A DNA stretch of 64,000 bases from an uncultured delta proteobacterium (GTDB taxonomy: Bacteria; Desulfobacterota; Desulfomonilia; Desulfomonilales; Desulfomonilaceae), in contig CAWBKB010000003.1 in the NCBI GenBank assembly GCA_963789265.1, positions 544,001-608,000 of the forward strand. The letters are read 5' to 3'. The notes below the pieces were generated by a model. The model saw only the letters and a list, made by a program, of their open reading frames with translations, was not told where the DNA came from and ran no database searches. This document shows, in pieces, positions 1 to 10,731 of this stretch. Made by a program: the position numbers and the translations under genes. Each line of letters starts with the position of its first letter. The stretch's first letter is position 1.

Positions 1-525
1 TCTCTCTTGAATCTGGATTCCGCTGCCGTATTTGTGGTACCGCTCCATCTGTTTGAGCAAATCGTCCTGAAAGCTCTGAACACCCACTGAAAGCCTGTTT
101 ACTCCTCCATCTTTTAGTATTGTCACAATTTCGTCGGTCAAATGATTCGGGTTGGTCTCGAGAGAAATCTCTTTGATGCTGAATTTCTTCCGTAGTTCCT
201 CAAGGAGGCCGCCGACCTCCCGAGGCAACACGGTGGGGGTTCCTCCTCCGACATACACAGACGAAAAATCGAAACCGATCTCATGGTACATTTCGATTTC
301 TCTAAGAAGGGCATTGAAATATTTGCGAGCCAAATCCTTATCCAGGGGGAAGCGATTAAACGAGCAGTACGGGCACAGTTCCTCGCAGAAGGGTACGTGC
401 ACGTAGAGAAGGTACTTGGTATCCTTCCTTGGGCGAGGAGGCCGGATGCGCTCAAAATCGGTCAGACGCAAGACATTCGCATACTGCCGTTTCAGGTAGG
501 TGGTGAGTAGACCTTCTACGATCAT
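1..525 (-). CDS. HemN/HemW-like radical SAM protein (coproporphyrinogen III oxidase family); 5' part only, runs off the window
   Basis: Manual translation from ATG 525 gives LYVHVPFCEELCPYCSF (CxxxCxxC), YVGGGTPT, ETNP and NRLSVGVQSF. Not in the ORF track because no stop lies inside the window. Confidence 0.85.
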   Translation of the reverse strand, partial: MIVEGLLTTYLKRQYANVLRLTDFERIRPPRPRKDTKYLLYVHVPFCEELCPYCSFNRFPLDKDLARKYFNALLREIEMYHEIGFDFSSVYVGGGTPTVLPREVGGLLEELRKKFSIKEISLETNPNHLTDEIVTILKDGGVNRLSVGVQSFQDDLLKQMERYHKYGSGIQIQER

Positions 526-672
526 ATTAGAGGCGCTCCCTCTATTGCCTTCACGCTGGTTTGGTTTGATTTAACATAGATAAAATGTAACATTTTGCCA
601 TACGAAGCAACCATTCGGTGACTTGATACCCTGAAGCACACCATACCAATCTTGGCCGCCACCGGCAAACAG

Positions 673-1395
673 TCATCGCAAGAATCGGCCCCGGTCATCA
701 TACCAGACGGAAGCTCTATAAACCGGCTTTTGGGGAAAGATCCACAGCAACAGAATCCCTAGCACAAATCCTCCCATATGGGCCCAATAGGCCACGCCTC
801 CCGCCTGGTGGTGCGCTGTCAATTGGGAAGTCCCGCTAAGAAATTGAAAAGCGAACCATACAATCAAGAAGAGGAACGCGGGAAACTCGACGATTTTGAT
901 AAAGATGAAGATAATTAGGAGCGTGGTCACCCGGGCGTTGGGGTAGCTCACGAGATAAGCCCCCAAAACACCCGAGATTGCACCACTTGCCCCCACCATG
1001 GGCAATCTTGAGCCGGCGCTGAATGTGACCTGGGCCAGGCCGGCCCCGATTCCGCACAGCAAGTAGAACAGCAGGAACGTGAAGTGACCGAGGCGCTCTT
1101 CGACATTGTCTCCGAAAATCCAGAGAAACCACATATTGCCGATAATATGGAGCCATCCGCCGTGTATGAATAGCGAAGCGACCATAGGTACAACAGCGTT
1201 GTCGAGGAATCCGCCCTTAAATCTGTAGAATTCCATAAAACGCAAGGGGATGAGGCCGTATTCCACAATAAATCGGTCGAGGCGTTCCCCCCCCAACGAG
1301 ACCTCGTAAAACCAGACAAAGGCGTTTATGGCAATTATCGCAATGGTGACAAGAGGCAACGTTCGGGAAGGAATGCTGTCTCGCAGCGGAATCAT
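673..1395 (-). CDS. Rhomboid family intramembrane serine protease
   Basis: HGGWLHIIGNM, GASG catalytic Ser and AHMGG catalytic His motifs; multiple TM segments. Confidence 0.95.
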   Translation of the reverse strand: MIPLRDSIPSRTLPLVTIAIIAINAFVWFYEVSLGGERLDRFIVEYGLIPLRFMEFYRFKGGFLDNAVVPMVASLFIHGGWLHIIGNMWFLWIFGDNVEERLGHFTFLLFYLLCGIGAGLAQVTFSAGSRLPMVGASGAISGVLGAYLVSYPNARVTTLLIIFIFIKIVEFPAFLFLIVWFAFQFLSGTSQLTAHHQAGGVAYWAHMGGFVLGILLLWIFPQKPVYRASVWYDDRGRFLR

Positions 1396-1639
1396 AGAAT
1401 GGCTCCTCTAGCGTAGGCCAATTAGTGCATACGGGCGCTACGTTCGGCCGCCATGCCTCATATCGCCCTCAGCCAATTTCAATTTCCTCTCTGGGGATCC
1501 TTATTGATAGAAGATATACAATCTTGTCTAAATTAACGTGTCTCAATTCTTGCACAGTGGTTTCGCGAACCAAAGCCATTTTTGTCAAGAAGACACTTCC
1601 CAAAAAGCAATTTGTCCGAAGCGAACAATTCCCAAAATT

Positions 1640-2510
1640 CTAATGTCTCTTCATCTTGAGCGGAGCCAGAGCAAGTATTGGAGCTATAATCTCATCGAAT
1701 GCCGAAGACGTTGGCGACGTCGGATACTCAAGGACAAAAGGGGTTCCCTCATCCGATGCGGCAACAAGTCGAGGGTCTATGGGAATCCTGCCCAAGAAAC
1801 GGAAGCCCGTCTCTCGTGCCAGTTTCTCTCCCCCGCCACTTTTGAAAAGGTCGTGTTTCGCGCCGCATTCAGGGCAGACGAAGCCGCTCATATTTTCTAC
1901 GATTCCGAATATCGGCATCTCGAGGCTTCTGCAAAACCGAATCGACTTCCTTACATCCTTCAGGGCTACCTTCTGTGGAGTCGTCACGATTATGGCTTGC
2001 GAACGCGGAGGAGCCATCTGACATATAGAAAGAGGCTCGTCGCCGGTTCCGGGCGGAGCATCCACAATGAGAAAATCAAGCTGCCCCCAGTCGACTTCTG
2101 CTATGAACTGCTTTATCATCTGGTGCTTCATCGGGCCACGCCAGATAACGGCCTCCTGGGCCTGATCTTTAACCACGAATTCGATGGACATTACCTTGAG
2201 GTGATCGTTGTACCGGACAGGGAGAAGACCCCTGACCGACCCTTGGGACGCCGATGCGCCTTCAAGCTTCAAAAGAGTAGGAATGCTCGGACCGTGAATA
2301 TCAATGTCCAGCAGCCCGACTTCCCGGTCCGCGGCTGCAAGGGCCGCGGCAAGATTTACCGCGACAGTGCTTTTCCCTACACCACCTTTGCCGGATAAAA
2401 TCATCAAGGTATTTTCGATGCGGGTAAGGCTGTCCGCGAGCATAAGGTCTTCACGAAGTTCCTGAATCTCTTCTTTGGAACGTGGGGGGGGTACTTCTTC
2501 GATCTGTCAT
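1640..2510 (-). CDS. mrp: Mrp/NBP35 (ApbC) Fe-S cluster carrier ATPase
   Basis: SGKGGVGKST, DIDIHGPS, VIWRGP, DAPPGTGD, ENMS..CPEC. The likely start at 2510 is 1 nt out of frame across a G8 run (2484-2491); the in-frame ORF starts at 2443. Confidence 0.93.
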
Positions 2511-2687
2511 TTGCGAGTCCATTTCCAGTTTTTTTGCTGATACTTATTTGAGAGTGACCCGCTGTGGCGGATATTTATCTTCTCGACCTGGGTGCCACGG
2601 ATCTGGGCCTTGGCAGATCCGTGCCGGATTTAGCCAGTGCCCATCGTCGGATCGCAAATTGGTATCGCATATGCGGCTGTTGTTGCT

Positions 2688-3581
2688 TCAGGCTATGTCT
2701 ATGCCTTCCAGCAGCTTTCTCGACTTGATGCGGTGCACATCGAGACCGACCTCTTTCGAGGTGAAGCCCATAGCCAACCCTAACAATTGGGTAAGATAAA
2801 AGGTCGGTATCTTCCGCTTTTCCTTGTTCTTGCGCGCCAACACGATTTGCCCCATGTCGAACTGCTCAAAACAAGACGGGCAGACAACCGAAAGCGCTTG
2901 TATCCCCCGTTCTCGAATGTACGAGAGTTTTTGGCTCGTGATGGCATAACCCGCGTCCTGATCCATGTTCGCACTCAGTGGCGACCCGCAACAGAGGAAT
3001 TTCCGGGAATATTCCATCGGTTCCACGCCAATGATGGAGAGGAGATGGTCCATCTTCACAGGAACGTATGATTCTGCCTCTGAAAGCTCCTCGGGATACA
3101 TCACCTTGGGGGGACGGAAATAATGGCAACCATAATGACATCCAACACGCAGCGGTACTTCCCGTACCTTCTCCTTGACGATCTTTTCCACCACAGTGTC
3201 CTGGTACAGAACGTCCAGTATGTGTGTTACCTGCACCGTACCTTTGAAGTGATGACCGTGTTCATCCAGGATCTTGTTTACTTTGCGTCTCTTGGCATCA
3301 CTTTGTTTCAGGACGTGATTGGCCTCTTTCAGAGTGTTTACGCATCCCGAACACAGAGTGAGCAGGTCCAACCCGGCTTCTTCAGCCAGGCAAAGATTGC
3401 GAGCTGCAAGGGCCAGCCACGAATCGTAATGCACCATCTTCATGCTCGTGGGGGGCGGGCAGCAGGAAAAAGGAAGATCCACCAGGTCTATGGCGAGACG
3501 TTCGCACACCAGGCGCGTCGCCGCTTCAAAGCCGGGATATTTTATCGGAATTGCGCATCCGAGAAAGAGAGCATACTTCAT
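2688..3581 (-). CDS. hdrB: Heterodisulfide reductase subunit B
   Basis: FLGC..P N-terminus, two CCG-type domains (CCPPP..CSGC; HYGCH..CCGSP..CPSC), QFD.GQ, QLLGLAMG. Confidence 0.93.
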   Translation of the reverse strand: MKYALFLGCAIPIKYPGFEAATRLVCERLAIDLVDLPFSCCPPPTSMKMVHYDSWLALAARNLCLAEEAGLDLLTLCSGCVNTLKEANHVLKQSDAKRRKVNKILDEHGHHFKGTVQVTHILDVLYQDTVVEKIVKEKVREVPLRVGCHYGCHYFRPPKVMYPEELSEAESYVPVKMDHLLSIIGVEPMEYSRKFLCCGSPLSANMDQDAGYAITSQKLSYIRERGIQALSVVCPSCFEQFDMGQIVLARKNKEKRKIPTFYLTQLLGLAMGFTSKEVGLDVHRIKSRKLLEGIDIA

Positions 3582-3620
3582 GGCAACCTTTTCATGGTAC
3601 TCAGTAGGGTCTACGGTAGG

Positions 3621-4085
3621 TCAAATCTCCAGCACCTCGGTCAGTCCCGTCTTAGCGAGGATTTCACGTACCTCGTCCACAGGCGCCGGCGGAAGTGGAA
3701 CCAGGCCGTGGTGGGCCCTCATCTCGTCAAGCTGGTGAACGATCATGGAGCGACCTGTCTTAGCCAACAGTTCTATGGCCATTCTGAGCCTGTCTGGGAT
3801 ATTTCCGCGCCGCGCTGCTGAATTACGCAGAGCGACTAGAAGATCGGAAATAGGGATCTTCTGAGGACAGCGATCCTCGCATACGCTGCAGGTGCAGCAG
3901 AGCCACAACCTTTCGTCTTCTACGACTTTGTCGTGGCCCAGATTGAGGCATTTCAGGATAGTCTCTCGAGGACCGAACGCGGGCGCCACCTCCCTTGCAG
4001 GGCAAGAGCCGGTGCAACGAGCGCATTGATAGCATTCGTACAAATCTTCTCTGGGGAAATGCTTCCAGATTTTGATGGCGGTCAT
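3621..4085 (-). CDS. hdrC: Heterodisulfide reductase subunit C
   Basis: CYQCARCTGSCP and WLCCTCSVCEDRCP 4Fe-4S motifs; ATG 4085 overlaps the hdrA stop (ATGA). Confidence 0.92.
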   Translation of the reverse strand: MTAIKIWKHFPREDLYECYQCARCTGSCPAREVAPAFGPRETILKCLNLGHDKVVEDERLWLCCTCSVCEDRCPQKIPISDLLVALRNSAARRGNIPDRLRMAIELLAKTGRSMIVHQLDEMRAHHGLVPLPPAPVDEVREILAKTGLTEVLEI

Positions 4086-6533
4086 GTCATATCGCTCTTC
4101 TTGGTCAGGGATTGTGCGAAACTCTCGGCATCGTCCCGGATCTGCTTGGGCGTCAACTTTCTCAGCGCCGTTTCCATCTCCTGAATTACCCGTGCGAACT
4201 GCGCCCCTTCTGCCGCGGAAACCCACGCAAGCCGGAGGCGATCCTTGTTGGCACCGAGCTTTTCCATACGCTTCCAGAAGCGATCAACCCGTGAAACTGT
4301 GTGCTGGTTGGCATTGTTGTAATGGCAATCCGAGGGATGGCAGCCGGACACCAGAACCGCTCCTGCCCCTTTGATGAAAGCCCTCTCGATCCATCGAGGT
4401 GAGACTCGAGCCGAGCACATCGTGCGGATGATACGGACGTTCGAGGGGTATTGTATCCGCGAGACTCCGGCAAAGTCCGCACCGGCGTAAGAGCACCAAT
4501 TGCAGGCGAAGGCTACTATTTTGTTATGCGGATCTCGCTCGAGTGCAGTGTCTATCTGACCCACGATCTGGCTCTCGGTAAAATGTGTCTGGTCGATCGC
4601 GCCAAACCTGCATTCCGGCACGCAGGCGCCGCACCCCTGGCATGCAGCCTCTACAACGCGATAGTATCCCTGTTCCTTGCTTCCTTCGATCGCGTGATAC
4701 GGACAAACTCTTGCGCAAAGGCCGCAAGCCGTGCAGGCGTCGGGATTGATCCTGGCGGTGATGGCCGGGACCTTCACCTCGCCTTTGCTCATGAGGATGT
4801 TAGCTCGGGACGCAGCGGCAGACGCTTGCGTGACCGAGTCTTTGATGTCCTTGGGGCCTTCAGCCGCGCCCGCGAGAAATACACCGCCGGTGGTGGTGTC
4901 AACCGGTCTTAGCTTGGGATGGGCCTCCATGTAGAAGCCATCTGTGTCCGTGGTGAGGTTCAAGAGGCGCTGGAGGACTTCCGAACCGCTGCGCGGCCTT
5001 ATCCCGACGGAAAGGATCACCATGTCCATCATATACCGATAATGAGATCCAAGGAGGGTGTTCTCCCCCAGCAGAGTAAGGTCCCCGGTATTGATGTCCT
5101 CGATGATTTCACCGGGAATTCCGCGAATGAACGTCACACCTTCGCGGCGAGCCCTCTGAAAAAGATCCTCGAAGCCCTTTCCAAACGCTCGAATGTCAAT
5201 GTAGAAAACGTAAATCTCGGTGTCAGGCCAGTGCTCTCTAATGAGAAGAGCATCTTTGATGGTGTTCATACAGCAGACATTGCTACAGTACGGATTGCTA
5301 CGCTTGCTGCGCGAGCCTATGCATTGGAGAAAAGCTACCTTCTTTGGCCGTCGGCGATCGGAAGGCCGGATCAATTCACCAGATGACGGCCCGCCTGCGT
5401 TTATCAGACGCTCGAACTCCAGCGTGGTGATAACGTTGGGGAATTTGCCGTATCCAAGTTCGGTCAGAGAAGTGGGATCGTAAACGTCCACCCCTGTGGC
5501 CACGACGATGGTGCCGACTTCTATTTCAATGATTTCGTCTCTGTCGGCAAAGTCTATACACTGGTGAGAGCAAGCCTGAAAGCACCTGTCGCATGCCACA
5601 ATTCCGTGGCTGTTCAGGCAATGGTTCATGTCTATAAGGAAGCTGGATGGTACCGCCTGAGCAAAAGGGATGTGAATTGCATGTCGAATCGAAAGACCCG
5701 CGTTGAACTCATCAGGGGCCAATTGCGGGCAGACCTGGATACAGTCTCCGCAGGCAGTGCATTCTTTCTTTACGTAACGGGCCTTCTTAAGAATCTTGAC
5801 CTTGAAATTGCCGATGTGGCCTTCTACACCGGCAACCTCGGACAGAGTCATCAGTTCTATGTTCGAATGGCGGCCCACTTCGCTCATCTTGGGGGCGAGT
5901 ATGCAGATAGAAACAGTCCATGGTAGGGAAAGTCTTGTCTATTTGAGCCATCCTGCCGCCGATGCTTCCGCTCCTCTCTACCAGATAGACCTGATATCCC
6001 GCGTCGGCCATATCCAATGAAGCCTGGATACCCGCGACGCCCCCGCCGATCACCATTGCCTTGCGAGTCACGGGCACAGTCAATTCGAATTGCGGGCTCA
6101 ACTTGGCAGCCTTGGTGACAGCCATTTCCACAAGATCCTTGGCTTTTTCAGTGGCGGCCTCTTTGTCATGAAGATGCACCCAGGAACAATGCTCACGTAT
6201 GTTGGCCATTTCAAGAAGGTAGGGATTGAGACCTGCGCTCTCGCACGCAGCCCGAAAGGTCGGCTCGTGAAGTCTCGGCGTGCACGAGGCCACGACCACC
6301 CTGTTCAGCTTGTGCTCCCTTATGTCCGCTTTGATCTGCTCCTGCCCGGGCTCAGAGCAGGTGTAAAGAGAATCCTTTGCGAGTACAACCCCGGCCAGAT
6401 CTTTAGCATATTCGGCTACTACCTCGCAGTTGACCGTGCCGCCGATGTTTTTTCCGCAATGGCAAACATAAACACCGATCCTCAGATCGTCGGAACTTAA
6501 TCCTTTGTCTGATGCTTCAGTTATATCTTTCAA
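4082..6533 (-). CDS. hdrA: Heterodisulfide reductase subunit A with C-terminal MvhD fusion (one apparent +1 frameshift near 5910)
   Basis: GVYVCHCG.NI, SCTPRLHE, NIREHCSWVH, GGGVAG, DKTFPTMDC[SICILAPKM], CSNVCC, EAHPKLRPV and ferredoxin repeats, then MvhD motifs CNWCSYAGAD, MCSARV, GCHPSDCHY, WVSAAEG. Confidence 0.93.
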
Positions 6534-7132
6534 TTGGACCGTTTCCTCCGGGAAGCCACCAGGCTTTGTGTCTTTGCACCGGCCTGATTTATCAGCCCTT
6601 GGCCGTACTCAAAGCCTTTGTCAAAAGCGGAAGTATTCAGATCTTCTGTGCCGGGCGGGATCGAAGCCAGAACGGACTCTTTCATGGATTCGTAAGTCAC
6701 CACTCCGCCCAGAGCTGCTACCGCGCCGAGCATAACGATGTTCGCTACAATGGTCCTTCCCAATTGCTCGGCAATTCGGGTACAGGGAACTCTGTAAATG
6801 GTTATGCCCTTTGGTTCCTCATCCAACAAGACAAGGTCTTCATCTAAAATCAGCGTCCCACCGGGACGGATAGAACCACCGTAGGTTTCCCAAGCTCCCT
6901 GACTCATCAGGACCAGTACGACCGGCTGTTCTACCTTAGGGTAATGGATTGCTCCATCCGATATCACAACGTCCGCGCTGCAAGATCCTCCGCGAGCTTC
7001 CGGACCGTAACTTTGAGTGAAGACCGCATTTTTTTCCTCGAAGAGCGCCGCGGCCTTACCCAGGATGTGCCCTGAGAGTATGATCCCTTGTCCGCCGAAC
7101 CCAGCCAGTCTTATTTCCTGTTTCGCGGTCAT
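6530..7132 (-). CDS. korC: 2-oxoacid:ferredoxin oxidoreductase gamma subunit
   Basis: GFGGQGII, QSYGPEARGG, NIVMLGA. Confidence 0.93.
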   Translation of the reverse strand: MTAKQEIRLAGFGGQGIILSGHILGKAAALFEEKNAVFTQSYGPEARGGSCSADVVISDGAIHYPKVEQPVVLVLMSQGAWETYGGSIRPGGTLILDEDLVLLDEEPKGITIYRVPCTRIAEQLGRTIVANIVMLGAVAALGGVVTYESMKESVLASIPPGTEDLNTSAFDKGFEYGQGLINQAGAKTQSLVASRRKRSN

Positions 7133-8052
7133 GCGGCTCTGCCCTTCTCCTTGCTTTTCCCTTTAGCCTTTACCCTGGCCACGACCTTGTTCTTATAATT
7201 CTCCGCAAAATCAGGTCGTTCCGTATCGATGAATGTTCCTACCAGGATCTTTTCCTTCAGGCGGATCTCGGCTCCACTGAGATCCGCTCCATTGCAGACC
7301 TCCGACATCTCCCGGTAATACCGCATCTCGTCGAGTCCGGAACCGAGCTTGTTTGGCCTCCCGTACCCGGTGGGACACGGTGCGATGGCCTCGATAAAGG
7401 TTAACCCTCTCTTGTCAAAGGTTTGGCTTATCGAATGAACGAGTTGTCTCGGATGGTACGTAGTCCACCGTGCTACGTAGATTGCTCCGGCCGCGTGGGC
7501 AAGATAAGGCAAATTGAAGCCGGGTTCGGCGTTTCCAGTAGGGGTAGTAGAGGTTCTCGCCTCGAGGGGAGTAGTAGGCGCAACCTGACCGCCTGTCATA
7601 CCGAAATTGAAGTTATTTACGCACAGGACTTTCAGATTGATATTGCGTCGGGCCGCATGGATCAGATGATTACCGCCGATCGCGAAGAGATCGCCATCTC
7701 CCGAAAAAACGGTCACATGGAGATCCGGCTTTGCCAGAGCTAAGCCGGTGGCAAAAGGTATGGCCCGACCATGTGTGGTATGGTACGTATCCATGTCAAG
7801 GTACCCGGCCACTCTGCCCGTACAACCGATGCCGGACACTACCGCACATTGATCCACGGGAATACCTTTGCGCCTGATGGCTTCGATAAAACAGGTCAGC
7901 ACGACTCCAAGGCCGCATCCGGGACACCAGATATGCGGGATCCTGCCCGGTTTTAAATACTTGTCGTCAGGGTGAAGGCCGTGTTCTCTCTGAATGGCCT
8001 CGTCCTCAGCCGCTTTGTCAAACGGTTGCAGCTCTCTGAGACGTATTTTCAT
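7129..8052 (-). CDS. korB: 2-oxoacid:ferredoxin oxidoreductase beta subunit (TPP-binding)
   Basis: WCPGCG, SGIGC, HTTHGRA, GDGD..IGGNH, NN.FGMTGGQ..PTT, CPT. Confidence 0.95.
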   Translation of the reverse strand: MKIRLRELQPFDKAAEDEAIQREHGLHPDDKYLKPGRIPHIWCPGCGLGVVLTCFIEAIRRKGIPVDQCAVVSGIGCTGRVAGYLDMDTYHTTHGRAIPFATGLALAKPDLHVTVFSGDGDLFAIGGNHLIHAARRNINLKVLCVNNFNFGMTGGQVAPTTPLEARTSTTPTGNAEPGFNLPYLAHAAGAIYVARWTTYHPRQLVHSISQTFDKRGLTFIEAIAPCPTGYGRPNKLGSGLDEMRYYREMSEVCNGADLSGAEIRLKEKILVGTFIDTERPDFAENYKNKVVARVKAKGKSKEKGRAA

Positions 8053-8091
8053 GGGGTCTCCAGGAAAACTGTAGTTAAACGGTAAAATTTA

Positions 8092-9240
8092 TTACAAGTA
8101 CTCGCCCGCAGCGTCGGCAATCTCCCGAGGCGTATGAATAGATCCGCCCATAAGGGCCATCAAAACTACTTCCGCGTTCCCTCCGGCGCTACGGTCCACT
8201 TCATAGGCCATTTGGCCGTAATTGATTTCCGGGACTATGAACGCTCTCACTCTCTCCGCAAGTTCCCGAATGAGTTTGGACGGGAAAGGCCACACCGTAA
8301 TGAGCCGCACCAGACCCACTTTGTGGCCTCGCGATCTCAAATCCTCAACAGCCTGGCGCGCAACCCTGGCTGTGCACCCATAAGCCACCACGACCACCTG
8401 CGCGTCATCCAGCCCGATTAATTCAACCTGAATGATCTTTTGCGCGTTCTTGCGAATCTTGTCTACGATATGACGAATGTTTCGTTCCTGGACCGTATCA
8501 GTTATCACAGGGTATCCACGTTCGTCATGAGTAAGGCCCGTGACGTGAACATGGTATCCTTGGCCTGCCACGGCCATCGGAGCCGGCAGCGGCCCCGAGC
8601 TGTCAAAGGGCAGATAATCCGCCGGTCTTTGTACGGGCTTTGGCCGCTCTACCACCTGAAGATCTTCCCGTCGGGGTATGACCACCTTTTCGGTCATGTG
8701 TCCAATTACTTCGTCTGCCATGACAAAGACTGGTTGTCTATAAATCTCCGCGAGGTTGAACGCCTGCACAGTAAGATCAAAGCAATCCTGGGGAGATGCC
8801 GGGGCAAGAGCAATGCATCCGTAATCTCCGTGGGCCCCCCATCTTGCTTGCATGATATCTGCCTGACCGACAAGTGTGGGCAGACCGGTGGAAGGCCCTC
8901 CGCGCTGAACATTGACCACCACGCAGGGGGTTTCGGTCATCATTCCCAGGCCTATATTCTCCATCATAAGAGAAAATCCCGGTCCCGATGTGGAAGTCAT
9001 AGACTTCATTCCACCCCACGAGGCGCCCAGAATCGCAGCCATCGAACCCATCTCATCTTCCATTTGTATGTAGACCCCACCTACCTCAGGTAGTCGGCGG
9101 GCCATGCGTTCGGCTATCTCGGTGGCTGGAGTAATGGGATATCCTGCAAAGAATCGGCATCCTGCGGCCAGGCCCCCTTCGGCGCATGCCGCGTCTCCGT
9201 GGAGAAAATGCTCACCTGTGAGGAGGTCTTTGTCATCCAT
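8092..9240 (-). CDS. korA: 2-oxoacid:ferredoxin oxidoreductase alpha subunit
   Basis: FFAGYPITPATE, QMEDE, TSGPGFSLMME, QRGGPSTGLPT. Confidence 0.95.
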   Translation of the reverse strand: MDDKDLLTGEHFLHGDAACAEGGLAAGCRFFAGYPITPATEIAERMARRLPEVGGVYIQMEDEMGSMAAILGASWGGMKSMTSTSGPGFSLMMENIGLGMMTETPCVVVNVQRGGPSTGLPTLVGQADIMQARWGAHGDYGCIALAPASPQDCFDLTVQAFNLAEIYRQPVFVMADEVIGHMTEKVVIPRREDLQVVERPKPVQRPADYLPFDSSGPLPAPMAVAGQGYHVHVTGLTHDERGYPVITDTVQERNIRHIVDKIRKNAQKIIQVELIGLDDAQVVVVAYGCTARVARQAVEDLRSRGHKVGLVRLITVWPFPSKLIRELAERVRAFIVPEINYGQMAYEVDRSAGGNAEVVLMALMGGSIHTPREIADAAGEYL

Positions 9241-9456
9241 GTATTAATCCTAGTGTTTCAGGGCCCAGCAGAAGTGAGGAAATTCATCGAACCGCGAACA
9301 GTCCTCCAGTGGGCCGCTCATGTCTTTACCGATCGGCTCCGGCACACTTCTGCTTCTGTCAGAAAGAGAACAGTCACAGCCCCGCGCGGTGATCAGTTAT
9401 TCGGCCTGCGCAAAGCGGGATAAGCTTGCGAAGGTGAATGAAAGCGAGGTGAACAG

Positions 9457-9795
9457 CTATCGCTTAACGTATCTTCTATCCTTCCGGGAGTATCTTGTGG
9501 TGACTCTTTGTATGTCATCTTCCGTGATCTTCTTGGCGTCCTTCAGTTCGGTCCAGATCGCGAATTCAGGACAGATGAGGCTACATAGTCCACATTCCAC
9601 ACAATCTTCAGCCTGGAAGATCAATTCCGGCGGGTGGTATCCCTTTGTGTTAAAGCCTTTGCTCTGCTTTAAACACTCGTTGGGGCAGAATTCGATGCAA
9701 AACCCGCAGCCTTTGCACCGATTCTGTATAATATGAACCCTGCCGTGAGGTATCGAATGGGCCTCAGCGTCCAACGGCAGCCGCCAGAACTTCAT
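9457..9795 (-). CDS. korD: 2-oxoacid:ferredoxin oxidoreductase delta subunit (2x4Fe-4S ferredoxin)
   Basis: CKGCGFCIEFCP and CVECGLCSLICPEFAI; N.KGYHPP; upstream of korA. Confidence 0.9.
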   Translation of the reverse strand: MKFWRLPLDAEAHSIPHGRVHIIQNRCKGCGFCIEFCPNECLKQSKGFNTKGYHPPELIFQAEDCVECGLCSLICPEFAIWTELKDAKKITEDDIQRVTTRYSRKDRRYVKR

Positions 9796-9984
9796 AGTTT
9801 ATCTCCACGGATAGGAATACGTGACTTTTCAGTATAGTCGATTTCGCTCAAGAGTCAATCTCCGGCCCAGCCGCGGCCCGAAGCAGGAAACTTCCAGTTC
9901 CGATCACAGGCCGGCGTTCTTCCGACCGTCCAAATATTATATTTGAATACGCGATCCCTGTTAGGTTAGGATGCTGCGATAATC

Positions 9985-10464
9985 TTGGGAAATTACGTAG
10001 AGCCTCAGAGGAGACGAGATTTGATTCGCTGGACAGCCATCTGCATAATCAGCACCGCTGTCTTCGCATGGGGAGCCGGCTCGGCCCGCTCCGTGACATG
10101 CGAAGAATGTCAAGACCTTGACAAGAACAAGGCCGTTGCTCAGCAGCAGTTGACAGAAAAAGAGAAGGCGCTGGAAACCGAGTTCAAGAAAAAGGCTTTT
10201 CAGAAGGTCACAGAAATAAGAAGTGACATCACCAACTTGAGAAAAAAACTCATGGAGTTGGAGGACAAGGGTAAAGGCTGCCAGGATGCTTGCAAGCCGG
10301 ATGTGATAAAGAAACTGGAGTGTCACAAGCTCAGAAGCAAAATCAATGCCTTGGAAACCGCAACTTCCGGCCGTGAAGCGGACACGAAGAAAGTGGATGA
10401 ACTTTACAGGGATCTTCGCCGGTGCAACAAGAATCTGCGAGAGTTAAAAAGCGGGCAGAAGTGA
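9985..10464 (+). CDS. Hypothetical exported coiled-coil protein with paired cysteines
   Basis: Signal-peptide-like N-terminus, CEEC and CQDAC, K/E-rich heptads. Confidence 0.7.
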   Translation: MGNYVEPQRRRDLIRWTAICIISTAVFAWGAGSARSVTCEECQDLDKNKAVAQQQLTEKEKALETEFKKKAFQKVTEIRSDITNLRKKLMELEDKGKGCQDACKPDVIKKLECHKLRSKINALETATSGREADTKKVDELYRDLRRCNKNLRELKSGQK

Positions 10465-10524
10465 TTCGCTCAGTACCAGAATTTCATAATTACGGTACCA
10501 ACTGCACGGTAGCGCCGACGTCCC

Positions 10525-10731
10525 GAAACTGTCTCAAAATTAAACCGTGAATGAAATTCGTAGCACGATGCTCCCTTTTCCCGGCAATGAATTGCCGGGC
10601 TACTATCTGCCGTCCCTACGGGACGCTTGCATTTAAGCCCCATCGGGGCGATAGAAAGTAGCCTGGTGCTTCAGCGCCAGGCTGCCATCGTGCCACGATT
10701 CCGAGCATCAAAATAGTTTTGAGACACTTTC
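10525..10731. mobile_element. MITE family 1, copy A (IS1182/IS5-like ends)
   Basis: 15-bp TIR GAAACTGTCTCAAAA / TTTTGAGACACTTTC (1 mismatch), TCCC direct repeat on both sides, homologous to 26722 and 49685. Confidence 0.8.

Noticed and set aside
4082..6533. Selenocysteine readthrough explaining the split hdrA
   Set aside because: The break is an extra T (TGT-T-TCT), not an in-frame TGA, and the relevant motifs read Cys.
9241..9456. Riboswitch or small RNA in the korD-korA gap (10-bp inverted repeat at 9267-9276 / 9345-9354)
   Set aside because: No recognisable riboswitch consensus, and a single short inverted repeat is insufficient evidence; an Rfam scan would be needed.
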